From assembly GCA_023474155.1 (NCBI GenBank), contig JAMCYJ010000023.1, positions 1-36,968 on the forward strand: a DNA stretch of 36,968 bases, given 5' to 3'. The first letter of the stretch is position 1; each line of letters begins with the position of its first letter. The translations under genes and the position numbers were made by a program. Shown here piece after piece: positions 1 through 8,880 of the stretch. The notes beneath the pieces are model-generated. The model worked only from the letters and a program-made list of their open reading frames with translations. It ran no database searches and was not told the DNA's origin. The stretch comes from Candidatus Marsarchaeota archaeon. Its GTDB lineage: Archaea > Micrarchaeota > Micrarchaeia > Micrarchaeales > Micrarchaeaceae.

Positions 1-165
1 GTCATAAATCGCAAACCAATACTTGAAAAAGCTAGGGAGGGGCACTCCCGACGTAATGCCTCTGGAGGCGTAGTCCATACATTCCAAAAGGGAATGCAAA
101 CTACGCCAGTGAATCAGGAACATACTCCGCCTCGTTTCGATGCAGAGGAAGCCCGCACGCTTTAG
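1..165 (+). other. Unassigned GC-rich segment at the window edge: either the 3' end of a truncated CDS (frame 1 open to TAG at 163-165) or part of a structured RNA
   Basis: Frame +1 is open from nt 1 to TAG 163-165 (...KPILEKAREGHSRRNASGGVVHTFQKGMQTTPVNQEHTPPRFDAEEARTL*). A minus-strand frame is also open across 1-195. Five of the six Arg codons in the + frame are CGN, whereas neighbouring genes prefer AGR. Nested hairpins lie at 35-49, 67-107 (with an inner one at 80-96), 59-64/143-148 and 152-172. Confidence 0.3.
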
Positions 166-195
166 CGGCGGGAGGATGTCACACGTGTTGATTCT

Positions 196-1119
196 ATGGT
201 TGAAAAGGTTGTTATTCTCGGATCAGGCCCCGCAGGGCTCACTGCCGCGCTGTATGCCGCAAGAGACGATTTAAAGCCGATTATAATAGGCGGTTTCAAT
301 GCGGGAGGCCAGCTTATGCTGACGACAGAGGTCGAAAATTATCCAGGATTTCCAAGCGGGATCTACGGCGCGGAATTGATTGACAGCATGAGGAAGCAGG
401 CCGAAAAATTCGGGGCGGTATTCGTAAATGACGATGTTAAAGAAGTTGATTTCAATTCAAGGCCTTTCAAATTGAAGACCGCGGCCGCGAAGTTCGAGGC
501 GCATTCGGTTGTCGTCGCAACAGGCGCATCTGCCAGATGGCTCGGCATCGAGTCAGAAAAAAAATTCATCGGAAAAGGGGTCAGTTCATGCGCGACATGC
601 GACGGGGCGTTTTTTAAGAATAAAGAAGTTGCCATAGTGGGGGGCGGGGACACTGCCCTGGAGGACGCGATATTCCTCGCGAAGTTTGCCACGAAAGTGC
701 ATATAATCCACAGGAGGGACGAATTCAAGGCGAGCAGACTGGCGCAGGACAGGGCAAGGGCGAATCCGAAAATAGATTTTATCCTAAACAGCGAAGTGAC
801 AGAGATTCTGGGCAGCGGCTCGGTCACCGGTCTGAGAGTCGCGAACAACAAAACAAATGAGACGTCGGACATCAGAGTTGACGGGCTGTTTGTCGCGATA
901 GGATATAAGCCGAATACAGGTTTCTTGAAAGGGGCTCTGGATCTTGACGAACAAGGCTATATTGTCGTTTCCGATGAGGTGAAGACAAAAATCGACGGCA
1001 TTTTTGTTGCAGGCGATGTCGCAGACAAAATATACAAGCAGGCAGTCGTCGCAGCAGGCGCAGGAGCAAAGGCCGCCCTCGAAGTAAGGTTTTATCTCCA
1101 AAGAAACGACTTGATGTGA
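196..1119 (+). CDS. trxB: Thioredoxin-disulfide reductase
   Basis: 307 aa. Has the FAD Rossmann motif GSGPAG, the redox-active CATC (VSSCATCDGAFF), the NADPH site GGGDTALEDA, and C-terminal FVAGDV. ATG start. Confidence 0.95.
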   Translation: MVEKVVILGSGPAGLTAALYAARDDLKPIIIGGFNAGGQLMLTTEVENYPGFPSGIYGAELIDSMRKQAEKFGAVFVNDDVKEVDFNSRPFKLKTAAAKFEAHSVVVATGASARWLGIESEKKFIGKGVSSCATCDGAFFKNKEVAIVGGGDTALEDAIFLAKFATKVHIIHRRDEFKASRLAQDRARANPKIDFILNSEVTEILGSGSVTGLRVANNKTNETSDIRVDGLFVAIGYKPNTGFLKGALDLDEQGYIVVSDEVKTKIDGIFVAGDVADKIYKQAVVAAGAGAKAALEVRFYLQRNDLM

Positions 1120-1152
1120 TCTGCTGCAAAAAGACCAGAGCAAAAACTATTA

Positions 1153-2016
1153 ATGGAACAGTACTATAAAATTGCCCAAAATGCTCTTGATAAAATGGTT
1201 AGAGAATACAGGTTCGCGGGCGTATTTTATTCCAAAAACAAAGTAATGCTTGCGGATGCCGCAAAGAGCTTAATTGCAAATGCGATTGTTGATCCAGCAA
1301 TAAAAAGCGGATACGCTTATGTTTCCCCGCATGCAGGATACGCGTATTCCGGTTCAACAGCAGCATGCACTTACAAAGCGCTGTCGCAAAACAAGGACCT
1401 CGGCAGGATCGATACTATAATAATTGTAGGCCCTAACCATACAGGCGACGGGGAGAATATTTCAGTTTCGGCGCAGGACTGGGAAACGCCGCTTGGGGTA
1501 CTGAAAAATAACACACCCCTTTCAAGGCAGATTGCGTCCAAAGGAATAAAAGTTGATGAATCAGCGCATTTAGAGGAGCATTCTATAGAGGTCCAACTGC
1601 CATTTTTAAATGTCATCGCGCCAACAAAAAAATTCTGTTTTATTTGTATGAGGGATCAATCGGTAGAGTCCAGTGCCAAACTGTCAGATTCGATAATAGC
1701 CGCATCGAGAAAACTGAACTCGAATGCGGTCGTGATAGCGAGCTCTGATTTCGACCACTACGAACCAAGGCGCGAGGCGGCGAGGAAGGACGGGTTGCTC
1801 ATCAAGGCATTGTCTGGATTAGATTATGAAGGGTTCGACAGGCTTGCGTCCGAATTAAATGACAGCGCGTGCGGGGTCGGTCCCGTGATGACTGCGCTTT
1901 TGTTTGCAAAGTCAATGGGTGCAACAAAATCCCTGCTGCTCAGATATTCTGATTCTAGTAGTGTGACAAAAGATTATTCGAGCGTTGTCGCATATGCATC
2001 AATAGTTTTTATATAG
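1153..2016 (+). CDS. MEMO1-family protein (AmmeMemoRadiSam system protein B)
   Basis: 287 aa with the family motifs SPHAGYAYSG, VGPNHTG, EHSIEVQLPFL and SSDFDHY. Confidence 0.85.
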   Translation: MEQYYKIAQNALDKMVREYRFAGVFYSKNKVMLADAAKSLIANAIVDPAIKSGYAYVSPHAGYAYSGSTAACTYKALSQNKDLGRIDTIIIVGPNHTGDGENISVSAQDWETPLGVLKNNTPLSRQIASKGIKVDESAHLEEHSIEVQLPFLNVIAPTKKFCFICMRDQSVESSAKLSDSIIAASRKLNSNAVVIASSDFDHYEPRREAARKDGLLIKALSGLDYEGFDRLASELNDSACGVGPVMTALLFAKSMGATKSLLLRYSDSSSVTKDYSSVVAYASIVFI

Positions 2017-2084
2017 CCTAATAAATGCCTGCGATGCGTAAAAAGTTTAATATATTTCGCCTGCAATGTATTATTCGTGATTGC

Positions 2085-2234
2085 ATGGCAAAAAAACAAA
2101 AAGACGTGGTTTGCGGAATGGATGTGAATGAAAGTTCGAAGTTCAAGTCAGAGCACAACAAGCAAAAGTATTATTTCTGCAGCGAATCGTGCAAGAAGGA
2201 ATTCGACAGCAAGCCTAAGAAATACGCGCACTGA
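2085..2234 (+). CDS. YHS/TRASH-type metal-binding domain protein
   Basis: VVCGMDV...KYYFCSESCKKEF is the YHS-domain pattern. The ORF-track start at 2025 adds an unlikely N-terminus; the ATG at 2085 (MAKKQKDVVCGM) is preferred. Confidence 0.7.
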   Translation: MAKKQKDVVCGMDVNESSKFKSEHNKQKYYFCSESCKKEFDSKPKKYAH

Positions 2235-2303
2235 GCGCGCATTTCGTTTTTTATCGGATTTAAAATAAGGTTTAAAAACAATTGCATCTTATTTAATATT
2301 GCC

Positions 2304-2341
2304 TTTTATTTTATTATTTTATTTTTATTTTATTATTTTAA
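2304..2341. repeat. AT-only tandem repeat, 19-nt unit x2 (ttttattttattattttat)
   Basis: Read directly: unit 1 at 2304-2322, unit 2 at 2323-2341, 18/19 identical. Lies about 50-90 nt upstream of the polyprenyl synthase ATG. Confidence 0.8.
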
Positions 2342-2366
2342 GCATAGTTTATTTACGCATAGTTTA
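2342..2366 (+). promoter_or_regulatory. Direct 10-bp repeat gcatagttta-N5-gcatagttta upstream of the polyprenyl synthase gene
   Basis: Exact copies at 2342-2351 and 2357-2366, 27-51 nt upstream of ATG 2393. A regulatory role is inferred from position only. Confidence 0.3.
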
Positions 2367-2392
2367 GATGCGGTGTCAGGATAGCTGATAAA

Positions 2393-3409
2393 ATGAATTT
2401 CAAAGAATACGTCGAGCAGCACAGGCAAAAAGTGTACGAAAAAATCTGCAGGTATTTTCCGGACAAAGATCCTGTGGAGCACTACAGGATATCCAAGGAA
2501 TATTCCGACAGGCAGGGCAGCTACAGGAGGCCGGGGCTTCTCCTGCTTACTGGCCAGATGTTCGGGGCGGAGATCAACGACCTATTGCTTCCTGCTGCGG
2601 CGATGCAGCTTTCAGAGGACTGGATACTTACCCACGACGACATAGAGGACCATTCGAGTATGAGGCGGGGAAAGGAATCCCTGAATAAGCTCTACGGGAT
2701 GGAAGTCGCGCTGAATGCAGGCGATGCAGGCCATATAATAATGTGGAAAATGCTCAAAGACTATGTTGTCAGCAGCAGCGTAGGCTCGCGGTTGTATGAC
2801 AAGTTTTACGACATAGTTGAAAAAACAGTCGAAGGCCAGTTTCTGGACATAAATTTTATTTACAACAAAAAAACGCTGAACGGCGCCGACGAGGACCTGT
2901 ATTTCAAGATTATAAACAGCAAGACTTGCTATTATACTGTCTACGGGCCGATGCAGCTCGGTGCGATAGTCGCGGGCGCCGACGAGGAAATGCTTAGGGC
3001 GCTTGAGGACATAGGCAGGCCCGCAGGAGTTTCTTTTCAGATAGCCGACGACCTTCTCGACATGACCGCGGACGAGAAAGTATTCGGGAAGCAGAAGCAC
3101 GGGGATTTATACGAGGGAAAGATAACGCTTATAATACTGGACGCCTATAGGAAAGCGTCCCAGGAGGAAAAGGACGCGATAAACAGGATTTATGCGAAGC
3201 AAAGGGAGGAAAAGACAGAGCAGGACATAGGCTTTCTTCTGCAGATCATAGACAAGTACAGGAGCTTAGAGGCAGTAATGAAAATAGGGGAGGAATACAC
3301 TGAAAAGGCAAAGAAAAACATAGAGGAGCATTCGCGCAGTTTACCGGACAACGAATACACAAAAATACTGATGTCTGCTATAACCGAGCTTTATTCGAGA
3401 AACAAATGA
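2393..3409 (+). CDS. Polyprenyl (geranylgeranyl-type) diphosphate synthase
   Basis: 338 aa. First Asp-rich motif THDDIEDHS, second Asp-rich motif IADDLLD, and GKQKHGD in between. This is the typical trans-isoprenyl diphosphate synthase architecture. Confidence 0.9.
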   Translation: MNFKEYVEQHRQKVYEKICRYFPDKDPVEHYRISKEYSDRQGSYRRPGLLLLTGQMFGAEINDLLLPAAAMQLSEDWILTHDDIEDHSSMRRGKESLNKLYGMEVALNAGDAGHIIMWKMLKDYVVSSSVGSRLYDKFYDIVEKTVEGQFLDINFIYNKKTLNGADEDLYFKIINSKTCYYTVYGPMQLGAIVAGADEEMLRALEDIGRPAGVSFQIADDLLDMTADEKVFGKQKHGDLYEGKITLIILDAYRKASQEEKDAINRIYAKQREEKTEQDIGFLLQIIDKYRSLEAVMKIGEEYTEKAKKNIEEHSRSLPDNEYTKILMSAITELYSRNK

Positions 3410-3473
3410 CCGCGCGCAAATGCCGAGCAGATACAGGATATTTAAATGTTAAATATTTTTAATCGTTGATATT

Positions 3474-4037
3474 ATGAAACTTACATGGATGATTGGAGGC
3501 GAACAGGGAAGCGGCGTTGACACCGCATCAGGTCTATTCGGAAAGGCAGTGTCAGGGGCAGGCTATTACCTTTTCGGGAACAGGGAATACTACTCGACAA
3601 TAAAGAACAGGCACAGCTATTTCGAACTGTCGATAAGCGACAAAAAAATAAGCAGCATTTCAGAGCGCTACGATATAATAACCACTTTCGACGCAGAGAC
3701 GATATTCCAGCATTTTCAGCAGGCAAAAGCCTATTTTATATATTCCGAAACAAGTATTGGAAAAGGCATAGACGCGGCGCTTAGCCTCGAACCTGAAACC
3801 AAAAAGGAGATTATTGGCTTCATGAGCAAGCACGCCATTGAACCGACAGTGCAAGGGGTCGTCGATTATCTCAAGGCCGCGGGCATAGCCACGATACCCG
3901 TCAACTACGAGCAGATATTGAGGGAAATATCCGCAGAGCTGTCGATAAACATAACTCTTGCGGAAAAGGCACTCAACACTATAGCGGCGTCCGTTTCCTT
4001 TGCCCTGCTGGTGCGGAAAAGGCACTCAACACTATAG
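3474..4037 (+). CDS. OFOR gamma-domain fragment (upstream part of the split alpha gene)
   Basis: MKLTWMIGGEQGSGVDTASGLFGKAVSGAGYYLFGNREYYSTIKNRHSYF matches the N-terminus of Sulfolobus-type OFOR a-subunits. It ends in the out-of-frame tail VRKRHSTL*, which is encoded by repeat copy 2. Confidence 0.75.
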   Translation: MKLTWMIGGEQGSGVDTASGLFGKAVSGAGYYLFGNREYYSTIKNRHSYFELSISDKKISSISERYDIITTFDAETIFQHFQQAKAYFIYSETSIGKGIDAALSLEPETKKEIIGFMSKHAIEPTVQGVVDYLKAAGIATIPVNYEQILREISAELSINITLAEKALNTIAASVSFALLVRKRHSTL

Positions 4038-4064
4038 CGGCGTCCGTTTCCTTTGCCCTGCTGG
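3959..4064. repeat. Perfect 53-bp tandem duplication (2 copies) inside the OFOR alpha gene
   Basis: tgcggaaaaggcactcaacactatagcggcgtccgtttcctttgccctgctgg occurs at 3959-4011 and again, identically, at 4012-4064. Flanking bases do not extend the repeat. Confidence 0.97.
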
Positions 4065-4132
4065 GCCTTGATAAGCAGTACCTTGCAGATGCGATTTCGA
4101 ACACGTTCTCGAAAAAGCCCGACGCAATACCG

Positions 4133-5419
4133 ATGAATATGCTCGCCGCCGAGAAGGCATCCCTTCTCGTAAAGCCGGTGTTCAATCTCAAGCCGATCAA
4201 AAAGCAGGAAATGGTGCAGATTGACGGAAACACGGCCGCCGCGATCGGAAAAATAGCAGGAGGGATAGGATTCCAGAGCTATTATCCGATAACTCCTGCG
4301 AGCGATGAAAGCGTTTACCTTGAGGCTAACCAAATAGTCGATACAGTTGTTGACGGCGCCAAGTCCTCAAGGCCTGTGGTCGTGGTGCAGACAGAGGACG
4401 AGATTTCAGCGATAGGCATGGCGATAGGCGCGGGCCTTGCCGGCGTCAGGTCTGCAACCGCGACATCCGGGCCGGGATTCGCGCTCATGGCGGAGGCGCT
4501 CAGCTGGGCAGGCCAGACCGAAAGCCCTGTTGTTGTCACATATTATGTAAGGGGCTCGCCGTCCACTGGCCTCCCGACAAGGAGCGGCCAGTCGGACCTG
4601 AAATTCGCCGCGAACGTCGGCCACGGTGAGTTTCCGAAGATCGTGCTTGCTAGCGGCGACCACGCAGAGGTCTTCCACGACGCGATACTGGCATTCAACC
4701 TTGCGGAGGCATACCAGACGCCTGTCATACACTTAATCGAGAAGTCGATAGCAAACACTTACTCCACGCTCGACAAGGCGGAACTCGATTATTCCAAGGC
4801 AAAGATCGAGAGAGGCGCGCTAGTGCGTATGGATCCTGGCAAGGACTATAACAGGTATTCCCTTGAAAACGGGCCTGTCTCGCCCAGGTCCCCCCTTGGA
4901 TCATCAGTCGCATGGTACTCGGGCGACGAACACAGCGAGTCCGGGCACATCTCTGAAAATCCGACAAACAGGACAGCGATGTACGAGAAAAGGATGAAAA
5001 AGCTCGACCTGGCCGCCAAGGAAATCCCGCAAGATGAAAAACTGAATGTTTTCGGGGACAGCGGCGCTGAAAACGCCGTCATAACTTTCGGTTCGCCAAA
5101 GGGCGCGCTCAAAGACATTTTGGAGGACCTTTTATCAGAGGATAAAATAAAGCTGCAGGTTGTCCAAGTCAGGTTCTTTAGCCCGTTTCCTGCGGAGGAG
5201 CTGGCAAAGATACTCCAAAACAAGAAAAGGGTGATAGACGTCGAGAACAACTACACCGCGCAGCTCGGTTCGTTTGTCAGCGAGCACCTGCATATAACCC
5301 CTACTCATTTCATACTCAAGTGGAATGGCAGGCAGATGAATACGGACGAGCTTAGGGACGCGATAAAGCGCGCGGTCGGCAACGACGAGAAAAGGATAGT
5401 CCTTAACAGCGGGATGTGA
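4133..5419 (+). CDS. OFOR alpha-domain fragment (downstream part of the split alpha gene)
   Basis: 428 aa with a pyruvate/2-oxoacid:ferredoxin oxidoreductase alpha core (YPITPASDE, TSGPGFALM, FSPFP). The frame is already open from 4013 (AEKALNTIAASVSFALLGLDKQYL...). The first ATG is at 4133. Confidence 0.75.
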   Translation: MNMLAAEKASLLVKPVFNLKPIKKQEMVQIDGNTAAAIGKIAGGIGFQSYYPITPASDESVYLEANQIVDTVVDGAKSSRPVVVVQTEDEISAIGMAIGAGLAGVRSATATSGPGFALMAEALSWAGQTESPVVVTYYVRGSPSTGLPTRSGQSDLKFAANVGHGEFPKIVLASGDHAEVFHDAILAFNLAEAYQTPVIHLIEKSIANTYSTLDKAELDYSKAKIERGALVRMDPGKDYNRYSLENGPVSPRSPLGSSVAWYSGDEHSESGHISENPTNRTAMYEKRMKKLDLAAKEIPQDEKLNVFGDSGAENAVITFGSPKGALKDILEDLLSEDKIKLQVVQVRFFSPFPAEELAKILQNKKRVIDVENNYTAQLGSFVSEHLHITPTHFILKWNGRQMNTDELRDAIKRAVGNDEKRIVLNSGM

Positions 5420-5592
5420 ATATGCGGCAGAGAGCCATGCAAATGATTGAAAATTAATGCAAACCAGTGAAACCAATGGAAACGCAAATGCAGAAAAGCA
5501 GCAACGACGGACTTGTCAGGCCAAGGCATTGGAAGAGCGGTTTCAGTTTTACTTTAATAAAAATGCAGAAAATCAGCAGCAACGAAATCCGC

Positions 5593-6267
5593 ATGCCGGG
5601 GAGCGGCCATTCCGGCGATTCAAAAAACATAAAGGGCATAATATTCGACATCGGCGGCGTAATAATACACTATCCCGCGGAAGCATACTACAAGCAGCTG
5701 TCAAATAAATTCAATATCCCACTTAGCACCATAGCCGCCGCTACTGATCCTGTAAGACACGAGCTCGAGCTAGGGCGCATAAACCTGCATGAAATGCTCA
5801 GAAAGGTCTCTGCGAGCCTTAACATAAAAATCGTAGATTCGGAATTCATAAAAAGCTTCAAGGATTTTGCAAGGACAGATCATGAAATGGTACGCCTGAT
5901 AAAGAATCTGTCAGGCAACTACAACGTATACCTGCTTACAAACATCAGCAAGGCAGGATTTGCAATGTGCGACAAAGAGCTAAGGCAGAACGGATGCAGA
6001 TTCGACGGCAAGTTCGCATCGTGCTACCTTCATATGCGCAAGCCGGATCCGCGCATATACCATCACGTCCTTCGTGAAACAGGGTTAAAGCCCCAGGAGA
6101 CTATTTTCATAGACGACAAGAAAAAAAACATCGAGGCCGCATCCGCGATAGGGATGAATGGGATAGTGTTCAGCAATATGAGCCAGCTGATAGAAGACTT
6201 TAAGAAGCTCGGTATAACAATAACTGCGGATGCATGCAATGAAAAGAAAAAGAAAAAAGAAAAGTAA
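5593..6267 (+). CDS. HAD-superfamily phosphatase (YihX-like, DxG variant of motif I)
   Basis: Motif I is IIFDIGGVII. Also has LLTNISK, KPDPRIY and FIDDKKKNIEAA. The start is uncertain: in-frame ATGs at 5467, 5563 and 5593, with 5593 giving the usual short N-terminus. The C-terminus is a Lys tail (NEKKKKKEK). Confidence 0.8.
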   Translation: MPGSGHSGDSKNIKGIIFDIGGVIIHYPAEAYYKQLSNKFNIPLSTIAAATDPVRHELELGRINLHEMLRKVSASLNIKIVDSEFIKSFKDFARTDHEMVRLIKNLSGNYNVYLLTNISKAGFAMCDKELRQNGCRFDGKFASCYLHMRKPDPRIYHHVLRETGLKPQETIFIDDKKKNIEAASAIGMNGIVFSNMSQLIEDFKKLGITITADACNEKKKKKEK

Positions 6268-6312
6268 AAATAAAATAAGTAAAAGAAAAAGAAAAAATAA
6301 CCTCCTGATAAG

Positions 6313-6533
6313 ATGAATGCGAAAAACCAAAAAGAGAAACAAAAAGAAGAGCGCAAAATCTTTGAAAAAACAAAAAAAGAAAGCCAAAAACCAATGGCAA
6401 TAGTTATTGGAGATTTTCAGTTTAGCAGCTGCTGCACAGAGGAGATAAAGTCTGCACTGAGAAAACTGCAGGAATCCCCAGCGTCCAATCAGAAAGAGCA
6501 GAAGAAAACAGAAAACAGGCAGGCAAAATATTT

Positions 6534-6549
<16 letters not shown>
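6313..6549 (+). CDS. Hypothetical Lys/Glu-rich small protein (doubtful)
   Basis: A 78-aa ORF embedded in A-rich low-complexity DNA. Only the central part (MAIVIGDFQFSSCCTEEIKSALRKLQES) has ordinary composition. No recognisable motif. Confidence 0.25.
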
Positions 6550-7500
<951 letters not shown>

Positions 7501-7626
7501 TTTTTAGCGCTCATTGTAAAAATTTAAACGCGGTTGCCGCTTTCATTCAAAAATGCAAATGGACAAAAATAAACGTATAAATCCATAACCCCTATAAAAA
7601 GATTGTATAAAAATAAGGTCAATGAT

Positions 7627-8874
7627 ATGGAAGAAAAAAAGAATGTTGAGGATTTCCTAAAAAAGCTGATGGCAGGCGAATTGAAAATACACGAACTCTC
7701 GAAGTATGTTGATGAAAATACAGCTGCGGAAATCCGCAGAAGATATCTCTCAGAGAAATACAGTCTTAATAACAATAGCTTTACGCATGTTGAACGCGCA
7801 TCCATAGATATGGAGGATACTGCAAAGCGCAATATAAGCAATCTTATCGGTGCGATTCAGATACCGCTCGGATTTATCGAAATAAATATCAAAGGCCAAT
7901 ACGCGATAGGGCAGAGCGCGGTATTTTTGGCAACGACAGAAGGCAAGCTAGTAGACGGCATAGGACGGGCTGCCAAAGCGCTGCAGGAGTCAGGCATTTC
8001 AACGAGAATACTCAAAGACGAAATGACTAGAAGCGTGATTGTAAATGCCAAGACGCTGGATGATGCATATAAGATAAAGGAGTACGTGCTAAAAAATAGT
8101 GACGAGATTAAAAAGTCTTTTTCAGAGTCCAGCAAACATTTGGAATTAAAAAGCATATCGACATATGTGATAGGAAAAACAGTCTTTATAAGGTACGGTG
8201 CGACGACAGGCGCTGCGATGGGCATGAATATGATTACAATAGGCGCGCATACTGCAACGCTGAAGACGCTTGAGGATCTTAAGAAAAAAGGAATAAATGC
8301 AGACTTTTTTACAGAAAGCGGAAACATGTGCATTGACAAAAAGCCAGGGCATATAAACCAGATTTTAGGCAGAGGAATTTCAATATCTGCAGAAGCGATA
8401 ATTAAAAGGGAAACAGTTGAAAAATACTTTAAAGTGACTCCTGAGAAGATAGCGAAGATGAACTATTACAAAAATTATATAGGATCCAGCATGGGCGGCG
8501 CAATAGGGAACAACGCGCATATAGCAAATATACTTGCTGCTATTTTTATCGCGTATGGGCAGGATCTTGCGCAGATTGTTGATGGTGCAAGCGGATATGA
8601 TAATATAGAAGTAACAGACAATGGTGATTTATACATATCAATACTCCTGCCGGCACTTGAAATAGGTACTTTTGGTGGGGGTACAGTAAGGGAAACGCAA
8701 AAGGAAGTGCTTATGGCTTCAGGAGTATACGGGGATAATGACCACAAAGGAGAGACCAAGTATAAATTCGCTGAGATAATAGCAGCAGCAGTGCTGGCAG
8801 GAGAATTAAATCTCATTGCTGTTCAAGCTGCACAGGAACTGTCAAGTTCCCATGCGTCTCTAAAAAGAGGATAG
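7627..8874 (+). CDS. hmgA: Class I HMG-CoA reductase
   Basis: NLIGAIQIPLG, TTGAAMGMNM, GNMCIDKKP and GTFGGGT are class I HMGR motifs. The ORF-track start at 7603 is a TTG. The ATG at 7627 follows TATA-like tataaaaa at 7593-7600. Confidence 0.92.
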   Translation: MEEKKNVEDFLKKLMAGELKIHELSKYVDENTAAEIRRRYLSEKYSLNNNSFTHVERASIDMEDTAKRNISNLIGAIQIPLGFIEINIKGQYAIGQSAVFLATTEGKLVDGIGRAAKALQESGISTRILKDEMTRSVIVNAKTLDDAYKIKEYVLKNSDEIKKSFSESSKHLELKSISTYVIGKTVFIRYGATTGAAMGMNMITIGAHTATLKTLEDLKKKGINADFFTESGNMCIDKKPGHINQILGRGISISAEAIIKRETVEKYFKVTPEKIAKMNYYKNYIGSSMGGAIGNNAHIANILAAIFIAYGQDLAQIVDGASGYDNIEVTDNGDLYISILLPALEIGTFGGGTVRETQKEVLMASGVYGDNDHKGETKYKFAEIIAAAVLAGELNLIAVQAAQELSSSHASLKRG

Positions 8875-8880
8875 ATAATA

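Larger units (their letters stand above)
3474..5419 (+). pseudogene. 2-oxoacid:ferredoxin oxidoreductase alpha subunit (fused gamma-alpha, two-subunit archaeal type), frame interrupted by a 53-bp tandem duplication
   Basis: The two ORFs 3474-4037 and 4133-5419 lie in frames that differ by exactly the shift a 53-nt insertion causes (53 = 3x17+2). Deleting one repeat copy restores a single 1893-nt ORF of 630 aa. Confidence 0.85.

Noticed and set aside
363-1143. Minus-strand ORFs of 85-169 aa (363-872, 784-1143, 872-1129) opposite trxB
   Set aside because: They lie entirely antisense to a gene with unambiguous motifs, have odd composition (Ser/Ala/Leu/Arg-rich) and carry no motifs. These are typical shadow ORFs of GC-rich coding DNA. 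The same reasoning applies to the antisense or alternate-frame ORFs within the MEMO gene, the polyprenyl synthase gene, OFOR (including 3481-5529), hmgA, the aminopeptidase gene and scpA/B.
5464-5484. ccagtgaaac-caatggaaacg resembles, from memory, the core of archaeal origin recognition boxes (..CCAGTGGAAAC..), raising the idea of a replication origin near the A-rich tract at 6240-6590
   Set aside because: There is only one locus with two imperfect, overlapping half-matches. There is no inverted partner site, no orc1/cdc6 gene in the window, and the A-rich tract is about 800 nt away. The site also lies in the possible 5' coding extension or leader of the HAD gene. The consensus is recalled, not checked. 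The evidence is too weak to call.
5457-5708. An 83-aa alternate-frame ORF (Arg/Gln/Asn-rich) overlapping the HAD gene's 5' region
   Set aside because: It has a low-complexity basic composition and overlaps the frame that carries the HAD motifs. It is an alternate-frame artefact of the A-rich, partly duplicated leader.
6063-6400. Minus-strand Phe/Leu-rich ORFs (6063-6356, 6085-6387, 6200-6400)
   Set aside because: They are translations of the T-rich complement of the A-tract region, giving poly-Phe low complexity, and they overlap the HAD gene's 3' end. They are not credible proteins.
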